DNA from: Eledone cirrhosa
Lineage: Eukaryota
Direction: 5' to 3'
Assembly: GCA_964016885.1 (NCBI GenBank)
Contig: OZ024746.1
Coordinates: forward strand, 52,700,001 to 52,764,000
Length of the DNA: 64,000 nucleotides
A model generated the notes under the pieces. The model saw nothing but the letters and a program-made list of their open reading frames with translations, did not search any database and had not been told where the DNA came from. Both the position numbers and the translations under genes were made by a program. How positions within the stretch are numbered: the stretch's first letter is position 1; every line of letters starts with the position of its first letter. Shown here one piece after another: positions 14,101 through 27,000 of this stretch.

Positions 14101-17100
14101 AGTGGTTGCTGAGATGGTAGTGTTGTTGTTGTTGGTATTGTAGTTAGTGGTTTTTGTGATGGTAGTGTTGTTGTTGTTGTTATTGTAGTTAGTGGTTGCT
14201 GTGATGGTAGTGTTGTTGTTGTTATTGTAGTTAGTGGTTGCTGAGATGGTAGTGTTGTTGTTGTTGTTATTGTAGTTAGTGGTTTCTGTGATGGTAGTGT
14301 TGTTGTTGTTGTTGTTATTGTAGTTAGTGGTTGCTGAGATAATAGTGTTGTTGTTGTTGTTATTGTAGTTAGTGGTTGCTGAGATGGTAGTGTTGTTGTT
14401 GTTGTTATCGTAGTTAGTGGTTTCTGTGATGGTAGTGTTGTTGTTGTTGTTATTGTAGTTAGTGGTTGCTGAGATAATAGTGTTGTTGTTGTTGTTATTG
14501 TAGTTAGTGGTTGCTGAGATGGTAGTGTTGTTGTTGTTGTTATTGTAGTTAGTGGTTGCTGAGATGGTAGTGTTGTTGTTGTTGTTATTGTAGTTAGTGG
14601 TTTCTGTGATGGTAGTGTTGTTGTTGTTGTTATTGTAGTTAGTGGTTGCTGTGATGGTAGTGTTGTTGTTGTTATTGTAGTTAGTGGTTGCTGAGATGGT
14701 AGTCTTGTTGTTGTTGTTATTGTAGTTAGTGGTTGCTGAGATGGTAGTGTTGTTGTTGCTGTTATTGTAGTTAGTGGTTTCTGTGATGGTAGTGTTGTTG
14801 TTGTTATTCTAGTTAGTGGTTGCTGTGATGGTAGTGTTGTTGTTGTTGTTATTGTAGTTAGTGGTTTCTGTGATGGTAGTGTTGTTGTTGTTGTTATTGT
14901 AGTTAGTGGTTGCTGTGATGGTAGTGTTGTTGTTGTTATTCTAGTTAGTGGTTGCTGTGATGGTAGTGTTGTTGTTGTTGTTATTGTAGTTAGTGGTATC
15001 TGTGATGGTAGTGTTGTTGTTGTTGTTATTGTAGTTAGTGGTTGCTGAGATGGTAGTGTTGTTGTTGTGGTTATTGTAGTTAGTGGTTGCTGAGATGGTA
15101 GTGTTGTTGTTGTTATTGTAGCTAGTGGTTGCTGTGATGGTAGTGTTGTTGTTGTTATTGTAGTTAGTGGTTGCTATGATGGTAGTGATGTTGTTGTTAT
15201 TGTAGCTAGTGGTTGCTGTGTTGTTAGTGTTGTTGTTGTTATTGTAGTTAGTGGTTGCTATGCTGGTAGTGTTGTTGTTGTTATTGTAGCTAGTGGTTGC
15301 TGTGATGGTAGTGTTTTTGTTGTTATTGTAGTTAGTGGTTGCTATGATGGTAGTGTTGTTGTTGTTATTGTAGTTAGTGGTTGCTATGATGGTAGTGTTG
15401 TTGTTGTTATTGTAGCTAGTGGTTGCTGAGATGGTAGTGTTGTTGTTGTTGTTATTGTTGTTAGTGGTTGCTGAGATGGTAGTGTTGTTGTTGTTGTTAT
15501 TGTAGTTAGTGGTTGCTGTGATGGTAGTGTTGTTGTTGTTATTGTAGTTAGAGGTTGCTGAGATGGTAGTGTTGTTGTTGTTATTGTAGTTAGTGGTTGC
15601 TGTGATGGTAGTGTTGTTGTTGTTATTGTAGTTAGTGTTTGCTGAGATGGTAGTGTTGTTGTTGTTTTTATTGTAGTTAGTGGTTGCTGAGATGGTAGTG
15701 TTGTTGTTGTTGTTATTGTAGTTAGTGGTTTCTGTGATGGTAGTGTTGTTGTTGTTGTTATTGTAGTTAGAGGTTGCTGAGATGGTAGTGTTGTTGTTGT
15801 TGTTATTGTAGTTAGTGGTTTCTGTGATGGTAGTGTTGTTGTTGTTATTGTAGTTAGTGGTTGCTGAGATGGTAGTGTTGTTGTTGTTGTTATTGTAGTT
15901 AGAGGTTGCTGTGATGGTAGTGTTGTTGTTGTTGTTATTGTAGTTAGTGGTTTCTGTGATGGTAGTGTTGTTGTTGTTATTGTAGTTCGTGGTTGCTGAG
16001 ATAATAGTGTTGTTGTTGTTGTTATTGTAGTTAGTGGTTGCTGAGATGATAGTATTGTTGTTGTTGTTATTGTAGTTAGTGTTTGCTGAGATGGTAGTGT
16101 TGTTGTTGTTGTTATTGTAGTTAGTGGTTTCTGTGATGGTAGTGTTGTTGTTGTTGTTATTGTAGTTAGTGGTTGCTGTGATGGTAGTGTTGTTGTTGTT
16201 ATTGTAGTTAGTGGTTGCTGAGATGGTAGTGTTGTTGTTGTTGTTATAGGTAGTTAGTGGTTGCTGAGATGGTAGTGTTGTTGTTGTTGTTATTGTAGTT
16301 AGTGGTTTCTGTGATGGTAGTGTTGTTGTTGTTGTTATTGTAGTTAAAGGTTGCTGTGATGGTAGTGTTGTTGTTGTTATTCTAGTTAGTGGTTGCTGTG
16401 ATGGTAGTGTTGTTGTTGTTGTTATTGTAGTTAGTGGTTGCTGAGATGGTTGTGTTGTTGTTGTTATTGTAGTTAGTGGTTGCTGAGATGGTAGTATTGT
16501 TGTTGTTGTTATTGTAGTTAGTGGTTGCTGTGATGGTAGTGTTGTTGTTGTTGCTATTGTAGTTAGAGGTTGCTGAGATGGTAGTGTTGTTGTTGTTATT
16601 CTAGTTAGTGGTTGCTGTGATGGTAGTGTTGTTGTTGTTGTTATTGTAGTTAGAGCTTGCTGAGATGGAGTGGTTTCTGTGATGGTAGTGTTGTTGTTGT
16701 TATTGTAGTTAGTGGTTTCTGTGATGGTAGTGTTGTTGTTGTTATTCTAGTTAGTGGTTGCTGTGATGGTAATGTTGTTGTTGTTGTTATTGTAGTTAGT
16801 GGTTGCTGTGATGGTAGTGTTGTTGTTGTTGTTATTGTAGTTAGTGGTTTTTGTGATGGTAGTGTTGTTGTTGTTGTTATTGTAGTTAGTGGTTGCTGTG
16901 ATGGTAGTGTTGTTGTTGTTATTGTAGTTAGTGGTTGCTGAGATGGTAATGTTGTTGTTGTTGTTATTGTAGTTAGTGGTTGCTGTGATGGTAGTGTTGT
17001 TGTTGTTGTTATTGTAGTTAGTTTTTTTCTGTGATGGTAGTGTTGTTGTTGTTGTTATTGTAGTTAGTGGTTGCTGAGATAATAGTGTTGTTGTTGTTGT

Positions 17101-18299
17101 TATTGTAGTTAGTGGTTGCTGAGATGATAGTGTTGTTGTTGTTGTTATTGTAGTTAGTGGTTGCTGAGATGGTAGTGTTGTTGTTGTTGTTATTGTAGTT
17201 AGTGGTTGCTGTGATGGTAGTGTTGTTGTTGTTGTTATTGTAGTTAGTGGTTGCTGTGATGGTAGTGTTGTTGTTGTTGTTATTGTAGTTAGTGGTTTCT
17301 GTGATGGTAGTGTTGTTGTTGTTATTGTAGTTAGTGGTTGCTGTGATGGTAGTGTTGTTGTTGTTATTGTAGTTAGTGGTTTCTGTGATGGTAGTGTTGT
17401 TGTTGTTGTTATTGTAGTTAGAGGTTGCTGAGATGGTAGTGCTGTTGTTGTTGTTATTGTAGTTAGTGGTTTCTGTGATGGTAGTGTTGTTGTTGTTGTT
17501 ATTGTAGTTAGAGGTTGCTGAGATGGTAGTGTTGTTGTTGTTGTTATTGTAGTTAGTGGTTTCTGTGATGGTAGTGTTGTTGTTGTTATTGTAGTTAGTG
17601 GTTGCTGAGATGGTAGTGTTGTTGTTGTTGTTATTGTAGTTAGAGGTTGCTGTGATGGTAGTGTTGTTGTTGTTGTTATTCTAGTTAGTGCTTGCTGTGA
17701 TGGTAGTGTTATTGTTGTTGTTATTGTAGTTAGTGGTTGCTGAGATAATAGTGTTGTTGTTGTTGTTATTGTAGTTAGTGGTTGCTGAGATGGTAGTGTT
17801 GTTGTTGTCGTTATTGTAGTTAGTGGTTGCTGAGATGGTAGTGTTGTTGTTGTTGTTATTGTAGTTAGTGGTTTTTGTGATGGTAGTGTTGTTGTTGTTG
17901 TTATTGTAGTTAGTGGTTGCTGAGATGGTAGTGTTGTTGTTGTTGTTATTGTAGTTAGTGGTTTTTGTGATGGTAGTGTTGTTGTTGTTGTTATTGTAGT
18001 TAGTGGTTGCTGTGATGGTAGTGTTGTTGTTGTTATTGTAGTTAGTGGTTGCTGAGATGGTAGTGTTGTTGTTGTTGTTATTGTAGTTAGTGGTTTTTGT
18101 GATGGTAGTGTTGTTGTTGTTGTTATTGTAGTTAGTGGTTGCTGTGATGGTAGTGTTGTTGTTGTTATTGTAGTTAGTGGTTGCTGTGATGGTAGTGTTG
18201 TTGTTGTTGTTATTGTAGTCAGTGGTTGCTGAGATAATAGTGTTGTTGTTGTTGTTATTGTAGTTAGTGGTTGCTGAGATGGTAGTGTTGTTGTTGTTA

Positions 18300-21200
18300 T
18301 TGTAGTTAGTGGTTGCTGAGATGGTAGTGTTGTTGTTGTTGTTATTGTAGTTAGTGGTTTCTGTGATGGTAGTGTTGTTGTTGTTGTTATTGTAGTTAGT
18401 GGTTGCTGAGATAATAGTGTTGTTGTTGTTGTTATTGTAGTTAGTGGTTTCTGTGATGGTAGTGTTGTTGTTGTTGTTATTGTAGTTAGTGGTTTCTGTG
18501 ATGGTAGTGTTGTTGTTGTTGTTATTGTAGTTAGTGGTTGCTGAGATAATAGTGTTGTTGTTGTTGTTATTGTAGTTAGTGGTTGCTGAGATGGTAGTGT
18601 TGTTGTTGTTGTTATCGTAGTTAGTGTTTTCTGTGATGGTAGTGTTGTTGTTGTTGTTATTGTAGTTAGTGGTTGCTGAGATAATAGTGTTGTTGTTGTT
18701 GTTATTGTAGTTAGTGGTTGCTGAGATGGTAGTGTTGTTGTTTTTGTTATTGTAGTTAGTGGTTTCTGTGATGGTAGTGTTGTTGTTGTTGTTATTGTAG
18801 TTAGTGTTTGCTGTGATGGTAGTGTTGTTGTTGTTATTGTAGTTAGTGGTTGCTGAGATGGTAGTCTTGTTGTTGTTGTTATTGTAGTTAGTGGTTGCTG
18901 AGATGGTAGTGTTGTTGTTGCTGTTATTGTAGTTAGTGGTTTCTGTGATGGTAGTGTTGTTGTTGTTGTTATTGTAGTTAGTGGTTGCTGTGATGGTAGT
19001 GTTGTTGTTGTTATTCTAGTTAGTGGTTGCTGTGATGGTAGTGTTGTTGTTGTTGTTATTGTAGTTAGAGGTTGCTGAGATGGTAGTGTTGTTGTTGTTA
19101 TTGTAGTTAGTGGTTGCTGTGATGGTAGTGTTGTTGTTGTTATTGTAGTTAGTGGTTTCTGTGATGGTAGTGTTGTTGTTGTTGTTATTGTAGTTAGAGG
19201 TTGCTGAGATGGTAGTGCTGTTGTTGTTGTTATTGTAGTTAGTGGATTCTGTGATGGTAGTGTTGTTGTTGTTGTTATTGTAGTTAGAGGTTGCTGAGAT
19301 GGTAGTGTTGTTGTTGTTGTTATTGTAGTTAGTGGTTTCTGTGATGGTAGTGTTGTTGTTGTTATTGTAGTTAGTGGTTGCTGAGATGGTAGTGTTGTTG
19401 TTGTTGTTATTGTAGTTAGAGGTTGCTGTGATGGTAGTGTTGTTGTTGTTGTTATTGTAGTTAGTGGTTTCTGTGATGGTAGTGTTGTTGTTGTTATTGT
19501 AGTTAGTGTTTGCTGAGATGGTAGTGTTGTTGTTGTTGTTATTGTAGTTAGTGGTTTCTGTGATGGTAGTGTTGTTGTTGTTGTTATTGTAGTTAGTGGT
19601 TGCTGAGATGGTAGTGTTGTTGTTGTTGTTATAGGTAGTTAGTGGTTGCTGAGATGGTAGTGTTGTTGTTGTTGTTATTGTAGTTAGTGGTTTCTGTGAT
19701 GGTAGTGATGTTGTTGTTATTGTAGTTAGTGGTTGCTGAGATGGTTGTGTTGTTGTTGTTATTGTAGTTAGTGGTTTCTGAGATGGTAGTGTTGTTGTTG
19801 TTGTTATTGTAGTTAGAGTTTGCTGAGATGGTAGTATTGTTGTTGTTGTTATTGTAGTTAGTGGTTGCTGTGATGGTAGTGTTGTTGTTGTTGTTATTGT
19901 AGTTAGTGGTTGCTGTGATGGTAGTGTTGTTGTTGTTATTGTAGTTAGTGGTTGCTGAGATGGTAGTGTTGTTGTTGTTGTTATTGTAGTTAGTGGTTGC
20001 AGAGATGGTAGTGTTGTTGTTGTTGTTATTCTAGTTATTGGTTGCTGTGATGGTAGTTTTGTTGTTGTTGTTATTGTAGTTAGTGGTTTTTGTGATGGTA
20101 GTGTTGTTGTTGTTGTTATTCTAGTTAGTGCTTGCTGTGATGGTAGTGTTGTTGTTGTTGTTATTGTAGTTAGTGGTTTCTGTGATGGTAGTGTTGTTGT
20201 TGTTATTGTAGTTAGTGGTTGCTGAGATGGTAGTGTTGTTGTTGTTGTTATTGTAGTTAGAGGTTTCTGTGATGGTAGTGTTGTTGTTGTTGTTATTGTA
20301 GTTAGTCGTTTCTGTGATGGTAGTGTTGTTGTTGTTGTTATTGTAGTTAGTGGTTTCTGTGATGGTAGTGTTGTTGTTGTTATACTAGTTAGTGGTTGCT
20401 GTGATGGTAGTGTTGTTGTTATTATTGTAGTTAGAGCTTGCTGAAATGGTAGTGTTGTTGTTGTTGTTATTGTAGTTAGTGGTTTTTGTGATGGTAGTGT
20501 TGTTGTTGTTGTTATTGTAGTTAGTGGTTGCTGTGATGGTAGTGTTGTTGTTGTTATTGTAGTTAGTGATTGCTGAGATGGTAGTGTTGTTGTTGTTGTT
20601 ATTGTAGTTAGTGGTTGCTGTGATGGTAGTGTTGTTGTTGTTGTTATTGTAGTTAGTTTTTTTCTGTGATGGTAGTGTTGTTGTTGTTGTTATTGTAGTT
20701 AGTGGTTGCTGAGATAATAGTGTTGTTGTTGTTGTTATTGTAGTTAGTGGTTGCTGAGATGGTTGTGTTGTTGTTGTTATTGTAGTTAGTGGTTGCTGAG
20801 ATGGTAGTGTTGTTGTTGTTGTTATTGTAGTTAGTGGTTTCTGTGATGGTAGTGTTGTTGTTGTTGTTGTTATTGTAGTTAGTGGTTGCTGAGATAATAG
20901 TGTTGTTGTTGTTGTTATTGTAGTTAGTGGTTGCTGAGATGGTAGTGTTGTTGTTGTTGTTATCGTAGTTAGTGGTTTCTGTGATGGTAGTGTTGTTGTT
21001 GTTGTTATTGTAGTTAGTGGTTGCTGAGATAATAGTGTTGTTGTTGTTGTTATTGTAGTTAGTGGTTGCTGAGATGGTAGTGTTGTTGTTTTTGTTATTG
21101 TAGTTAGTGGTTGCTGAGATGGTAGTGTTGTTGTTGTTGTTATTGTAGTTAGTGGTTTCTGTGATGGTAGTGTTGTTGTTGTTGTTATTGTAGTTAGTGG

Positions 21201-24200
21201 TTGCTGAGATGGTAGTGTTGTTGTTGTTGTTATTGTAGTTAGTGGTTGCTGAGATGGTAGTGTTGTTGTTGTTGTTATTGTAGTTAGTGGTTGCTGAGAT
21301 GGTAGTGTTGTTGTTGTTGTTATTGTAGTTAGTGGTTGCTGAGATAATAGTGTTGTTGTTGTTGTTATTGTAGTTAGTGGTTGCTGAGATGGTAGTGTTG
21401 TTGTTGTTGTTATTGTAGTTAGTGGTTGCTGAGATGGTAGTGTTGTTGTTGTTGTTATTGTAGTTAGTGGTTGCTGAGATGGTAGTGTTGTTGTTGTTGT
21501 TATTGTAGTTAGTGGTTGCTGAGATAATAGTGTTGTTGTTGTTGTTATTGTAGTTAGTGGTTGCTGAGATGGTAGTGTTGTTGTTGTTGTTATTGTAGTT
21601 AGTGGTTGCTGAGATGGTAGTGTTGTTGTTGTTGTTATTGTAGTTAGTGGTTGCTGAGATGGTAGTGTTGTTGTTGTTGTTATTGTAGTTAGTGGTTGCT
21701 GAGATGGTAGTGTTGTTGTTGTTGTTATTGTAGTTAGTGGTTGCTGAGATGGTAGTGTTGTTGTTGTTGTTATTGTAGTTAGTGGTTGCTGAGATAATAG
21801 TGTTGTTGTTGTTGTTATTGTAGTTAGTGGTTGCTGAGATGGTAGTGTTGTTGTTGTTGTTATTGTAGTTAGTGGTTGCTGAGATGGTAGTGTTGTTGTT
21901 GTTGTTATTGTAGTTAGTGGTTGCTGTGATGGTAGTGTTGTTGTTGTTATTGTAGTTAGTGGTTGCTGAGATGGTAGTCTTGTTGTTGTTGTTATTGTAG
22001 TTAGTGGTTGCTGAGATGGTAGTGTTGTTGTTGCTGTTATTGTAGTTAGTGGTTTCTGTGATGGTAGTGTTGTTGTTGTTGTTATTGTAGTTAGTGGTTG
22101 CTGTGATGGTAGTGTTGTTGTTGTTATTCTAGTTAGTGGTTGCTGTGATGGTAGTGTTGTTGTTGTTGTTATTGTAGTTAGAGGTTGCTGAGATGGTAGT
22201 GTTGTTGTTGTTATTGTAGTTAGTGGTTGCTGTGATGGTAGTGTTGTTGTTGTTATTGTAGTTAGTGGTTTCTGTGATGGTAGTGTTGTTGTTGTTGTTA
22301 TTGTAGTTAGAGGTTGCTGATATGGTAGTGCTGTTGTTGTTGTTATTGTAGTTAGTGGTTTCTGTGATGGTAGTGTTGTTGTTGTTGTTATTGTAGTTAG
22401 AGGTTGCTGAGATGGTAGTGTTGTTGTTGTTGTTATTGTAGTTAGTGGTTTCTGTGATGGTAGTGTTGTTGTTGTTATTGTAGTTAGTGGTTGCTGAGAT
22501 GGTAGTGTTGTTGTTGTTGTTATTGTAGTTAGAGGTTGCTGTGATGGTAGTGTTGTTGTTGTTGTTATTGTAGTTAGTGGTTTCTGTGATGGTAGTGTTG
22601 TTGTTGTTATTGTAGTTAGTGTTTGCTGAGATGGTAGTGTTGTTGTTGTTGTTATTGTAGTTAGTGGTTTCTGTGATGGTAGTGTTGTTGTTGTTGTTAT
22701 TGTAGTTAGTGGTTGCTGAGATGGTAGTGTTGTTGTTGTTGTTATAGGTAGTTAGTGGTTGCTGAGATGGTAGTGTTGTTGTTGTTGTTATTGTAGTTAG
22801 TGGTTTCTGTGATGGTAGTGTTGTTGTTGTTGTTATTGTAGTTAGTGGTTGCTGTGATGGTAGTGTTGTTGTTGTTGTTATTGTAGTTAAAGGTTGCTGT
22901 GATGGTAGTGTTGTTGTTGTTATTCTAGTTAGTGGTTGCTGTGATGGTAGTGTTGTTGTTGTTGTTATTGTAGTTAGTGGTTTCTGTGATGGTAGTGATG
23001 TTGTTGTTATTGTAGTTAGTGGTTGCTGAGATAGTTGTGTTGTTGTTGTTATTGTAGTTAGTGGTTTCTGAGATGGTAGTGTTGTTGTTGTTGTTATTGT
23101 AGTTAGAGTTTGCTGAGATGGTAGTATTGTTGTTGTTGTTATTGTAGTTAGTGGTTGCTGTGATGGTAGTGTTGTTGTTGTTGTTATTGTAGTTAGTGGT
23201 TGCTGTGATGGTAGTGTTGTTGTTGTTATTGTAGTTAGTGGTTGCTGAGATGGTAGTGTTGTTGTTGTTGTTATTGTAGTTAGTGGTTGCAGAGATGGTA
23301 GTGTTGTTGTTGTTGTTATTCTAGTTATTGGTTGCTGTGATGGTAGTGTTGTTGTTGTTGTTATTGTAGTTAGTGGTTTTTGTGATGGTAGTGTTGTTGT
23401 TGTTGTTATTCTAGTTAGTGCTTGCTGTGATGGTAGTGTTGTTGTTGTTGTTATTGTAGTTAGTTTTTTTCTGTGATGGTAGTGTTGTTGTTGTTGTTAT
23501 TGTAGTTAGTGGTTGCTGAGATAATAGTGTTGTTGTTGTTGTTATTGTAGTTAGTGGTTGCTGAGATGGTTGTGTTGTTGTTGTTGTTATTGTAGTTAGA
23601 GGTTGCTGTGATGGTAGTGTTGTTGTTGTTGTTATTGTAGTTAGTGGTTTCTGTGATGGTAGTGTTGTTGTTGTTATTGTAGTTAGTGGTTGCTGAGATG
23701 GTAGTGTTGTTGTTGTTGTTATTGTAGTTAGAGGTTGCTGTGATGGTAGTGTTGTTGTTGTTGTTATTGTAGTTAGTCGTTTCTGTGATGGTAGTGTTGT
23801 TGTTGTTGTTATTGTAGTTAGTGGTTTCTGTGATGGTAGTGTTGTTGTTGTTATTCTAGTTAGTGGTTGCTGTGATGGTAGTGTTGTTGTTATTATTGTA
23901 GTTAGAGCTTGCTGAAATGGTAGTGTTGTTGTTGTTGTTATTGTAGTTAGTGGTTTTTGTGATGGTAGTGTTGTTGTTGTTGTTATTGTAGTTAGTGGTT
24001 GCTGTGATGGTAGTGTTGTTGTTGTTATTGTAGTTAGTGGTTGCTGAGATGGTAGTGTTGTTGTTGTTGTTATTGTAGTTAGTGGTTGCTGTGATGGTAG
24101 TGTTGTTGTTGTTATTGTAGTTAGTGGTTGCTGAGATGGTAGTGTTGTTGTTGTTGTTATTGTAGTTAGTTTTTTTCTGTGATGGTAGTGTTGTTGTTGT

Positions 24201-27000
24201 TGTTATTGTAGTTAGTGGTTGCTGAGATAATAGTGTTGTTGTTGTTGTTATTGTAGTTAGTGGTTGCTGAGATGGTTGTGTTGTTGTTGTTATTGTAGTT
24301 AGTGGTTGCTGAGATGGTAGTGTTGTTGTTGTTGTTATTGTAGTTAGTGGTTTCTGTGATGGTAGTGTTGTTGTTGTTGTTGTTATTGTAGTTAGTGGTT
24401 GCTGAGATAATAGTGTTGTTGTTGTTGTTATTGTAGTTAGTGGTTGCTGAGATGGTAGTGTTGTTGTTGTTGTTATCGTAGTTAGTGGTTTCTGTGATGG
24501 TAGTGTTGTTGTTGTTGTTATTGTAGTTAGTGGTTGCTGAGATAATAGTGTTGTTGTTGTTGTTATTGTAGTTAGTGGTTGCTGAGATGGTAGTGTTGTT
24601 GTTTTTGTTATTGTAGTTAGTGGTTGCTGAGATGGTAGTGTTGTTGTTGTTGTTATTGTAGTTAGTGGTTTCTGTGATGGTAGTGTTGTTGTTGTTGTTA
24701 TTGTAGTTAGTGGTTGCTGTGATGGTAGTGTTGTTGTTGTTATTGTAGTTAGTGGTTGCTGAGATGGTAGTCTTGTTGTTGTTGTTATTGTAGTTAGTGG
24801 TTGCTGAGATGGTAGTGTTGTTGTTGCTGTTATTGTAGTTAGTGGTTTCTGTGATGGTAGTGTTGTTGTTGTTGTTATTGTAGTTAGTGGTTGCTGTGAT
24901 GGTAGTGTTGTTGTTGTTATTCTAGTTAGTGGTTGCTGTGATGGTAGTGTTGTTGTTGTTGTTATTGTAGTTAGAGGTTGCTGAGATGGTAGTGTTGTTG
25001 TTGTTATTGTAGTTAGTGGTTGCTGTGATGGTAGTGTTGTTGTTGTTATTGTAGTTAGTGGTTTCTGTGATGGTAGTGTTGTTGTTGTTGTTATTGTAGT
25101 TAGTGGTTTCTGTGATGGTAGTGTTGTTGTTGTTGTTATTGTAGTTAGAGGTTGCTGAGATGGTAGTGTTGTTGTTGTTGTTATTGTAGTTAGTGGTTTC
25201 TGTGATGGTAGTGTTGTTGTTGTTGTTATTGTAGTTAGAGGTTGCTGAGATGGTAGTGTTGTTGTTGTTGTTATTGTAGTTAGTGGTTTCTGTGATGGTA
25301 GTGTTGTTGTTGTTATTGTAGTTAGTGGTTGCTGAGATGGTAGTGTTGTTGTTGTTGTTATTGTAGTTAGAGGTTGCTGTGATGGTAGTGTTGTTGTTGT
25401 TGTTATTGTAGTTAGTGGTTTCTGTGATGGTAGTGTTGTTGTTGTTATTGTAGTTAGTGTTTGCTGAGATGGTAGTGTTGTTGTTGTTGTTATTGTAGTT
25501 AGTGGTTTCTGTGATGGTAGTGTTGTTGTTGTTGTTATTGTAGTTAGTGGTTGCTGAGATGGTAGTGTTGTTGTTGTTGTTATAGGTAGTTAGTGGTTGC
25601 TGAGATGGTAGTGTTGTTGTTGTTGTTATTGTAGTTAGTGGTTTCTGTGATGGTAGTGTTGTTGTTGTTGTTATTGTAGTTAAAGGTTGCTGTGATGGTA
25701 GTGTTGTTGTTGTTATTCTAGTTAGTGGTTGCTGTGATGGTAGTGATGTTGTTGTTGTTATTGTAGTTAGTGGTTTCTGTGATGGTAGTGATGTTGTTGT
25801 TATTGTAGTTAGTGGTTGCTGAGATAGTTGTGTTGTTGTTGTTATTGTAGTTAGTGGTTTCTGAGATGGTAGTGTTGTTGTTGTTGTTATTGTAGTTAGA
25901 GTTTGCTGAGATGGTAGTATTGTTGTTGTTGTTATTGTAGTTAGTGGTTGCTGTGATGGTAGTGTTGTTGTTGTTGTTATTGTAGTTAGTGGTTGCTGTG
26001 ATGGTAGTGTTGTTGTTGTTATTGTAGTTAGTGGTTGCTGAGATGGTAGTGTTGTTGTTGTTGTTATTGTAGCTAGTGGTTGCTGTGATGGTAGTGTTGT
26101 TGTTGTTGTTATTGTAGTTAGTGGTTGCTGAGATAGTTGTGTTGTTGTTGTTATTGTAGTTAGTGGTTGCTGAGATGGTAGTGTTGTTGTTGTTGTTATT
26201 GTAGTTAGTGGTTGCAGAGATGGTAGTGTTGTTGTTGTTGTTATTCTAGTTATTGGTTGCTGTGATGGTAGTGTTGTTGTTGTTGTTATTGTAGTTAGTG
26301 GTTTTTGTGATGGTAGTGTTGTTGTTGTTGTTATTCTAGTTAGTGCTTGCTGTGATGGTAGTGTTGTTGTTGTTGTTATTGTAGTTAGTGGTTTCTGTGA
26401 TGGTAGTGTTGTTGTTGTTATTGTAGTTAGTGGTTGCTGAGATGGTAGTGTTGTTGTTGTTGTTATTGTAGTTAGAGGTTGCTGTGATGGTAGTGTTGTT
26501 GTTGTTGTTATTGTAGTTAGTCGTTTCTGTGATGGTAGTGTTGTTGTTGTTGTTATTGTAGTTAGTGGTTTCTGTGATGGTAGTGTTGTTGTTGTTATTC
26601 TAGTTAGTGGTTGCTGTGATGGTAGTGTTGTTGTTATTATTGTAGTTAGAGCTTGCTGAAATGGTAGTGTTGTTGTTGTTGTTATTGTAGTTAGTGGTTT
26701 TTGTGATGGTAGTGTTGTTGTTGTTGTTATTGTAGTTAGTGGTTGCTGTGATGGTAGTGTTGTTGTTGTTATTGTAGTTAGTGGTTGCTGAGATGGTAGT
26801 GTTGTTGTTGTTGTTATTGTAGTTAGTGGTTGCTGTGATGGTAGTGTTGTTGTTGTTGTTATTGTAGTTAGTTTTTTTCTGTGATGGTAGTGTTGTTGTT
26901 GTTGTTATTGTAGTTAGTGGTTGCTGAGATAATAGTGTTGTTGTTGTTGTTATTGTAGTTAGTGGTTGCTGAGATGATAGTGTTGTTGTTGTTGTTATTG
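18300..27000. repeat. Three diverged higher-order copies, period about 2.8-3.3 kb
   Basis: The same marker order recurs three times: TAGTCTTG (18866, 21979, 24772), ATAGGTAG (19631, 22744, 25582), CTAGTTATTGG (~20031, ~23321, ~26246). Confidence 0.8.
21190..21925. repeat. Homogeneous run of about 16 near-identical 45-bp monomers
   Basis: All units have (GTT)5 and TGCTGA. The only variant is GATAATAG at about 21343, 21523 and 21793. Confidence 0.85.
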
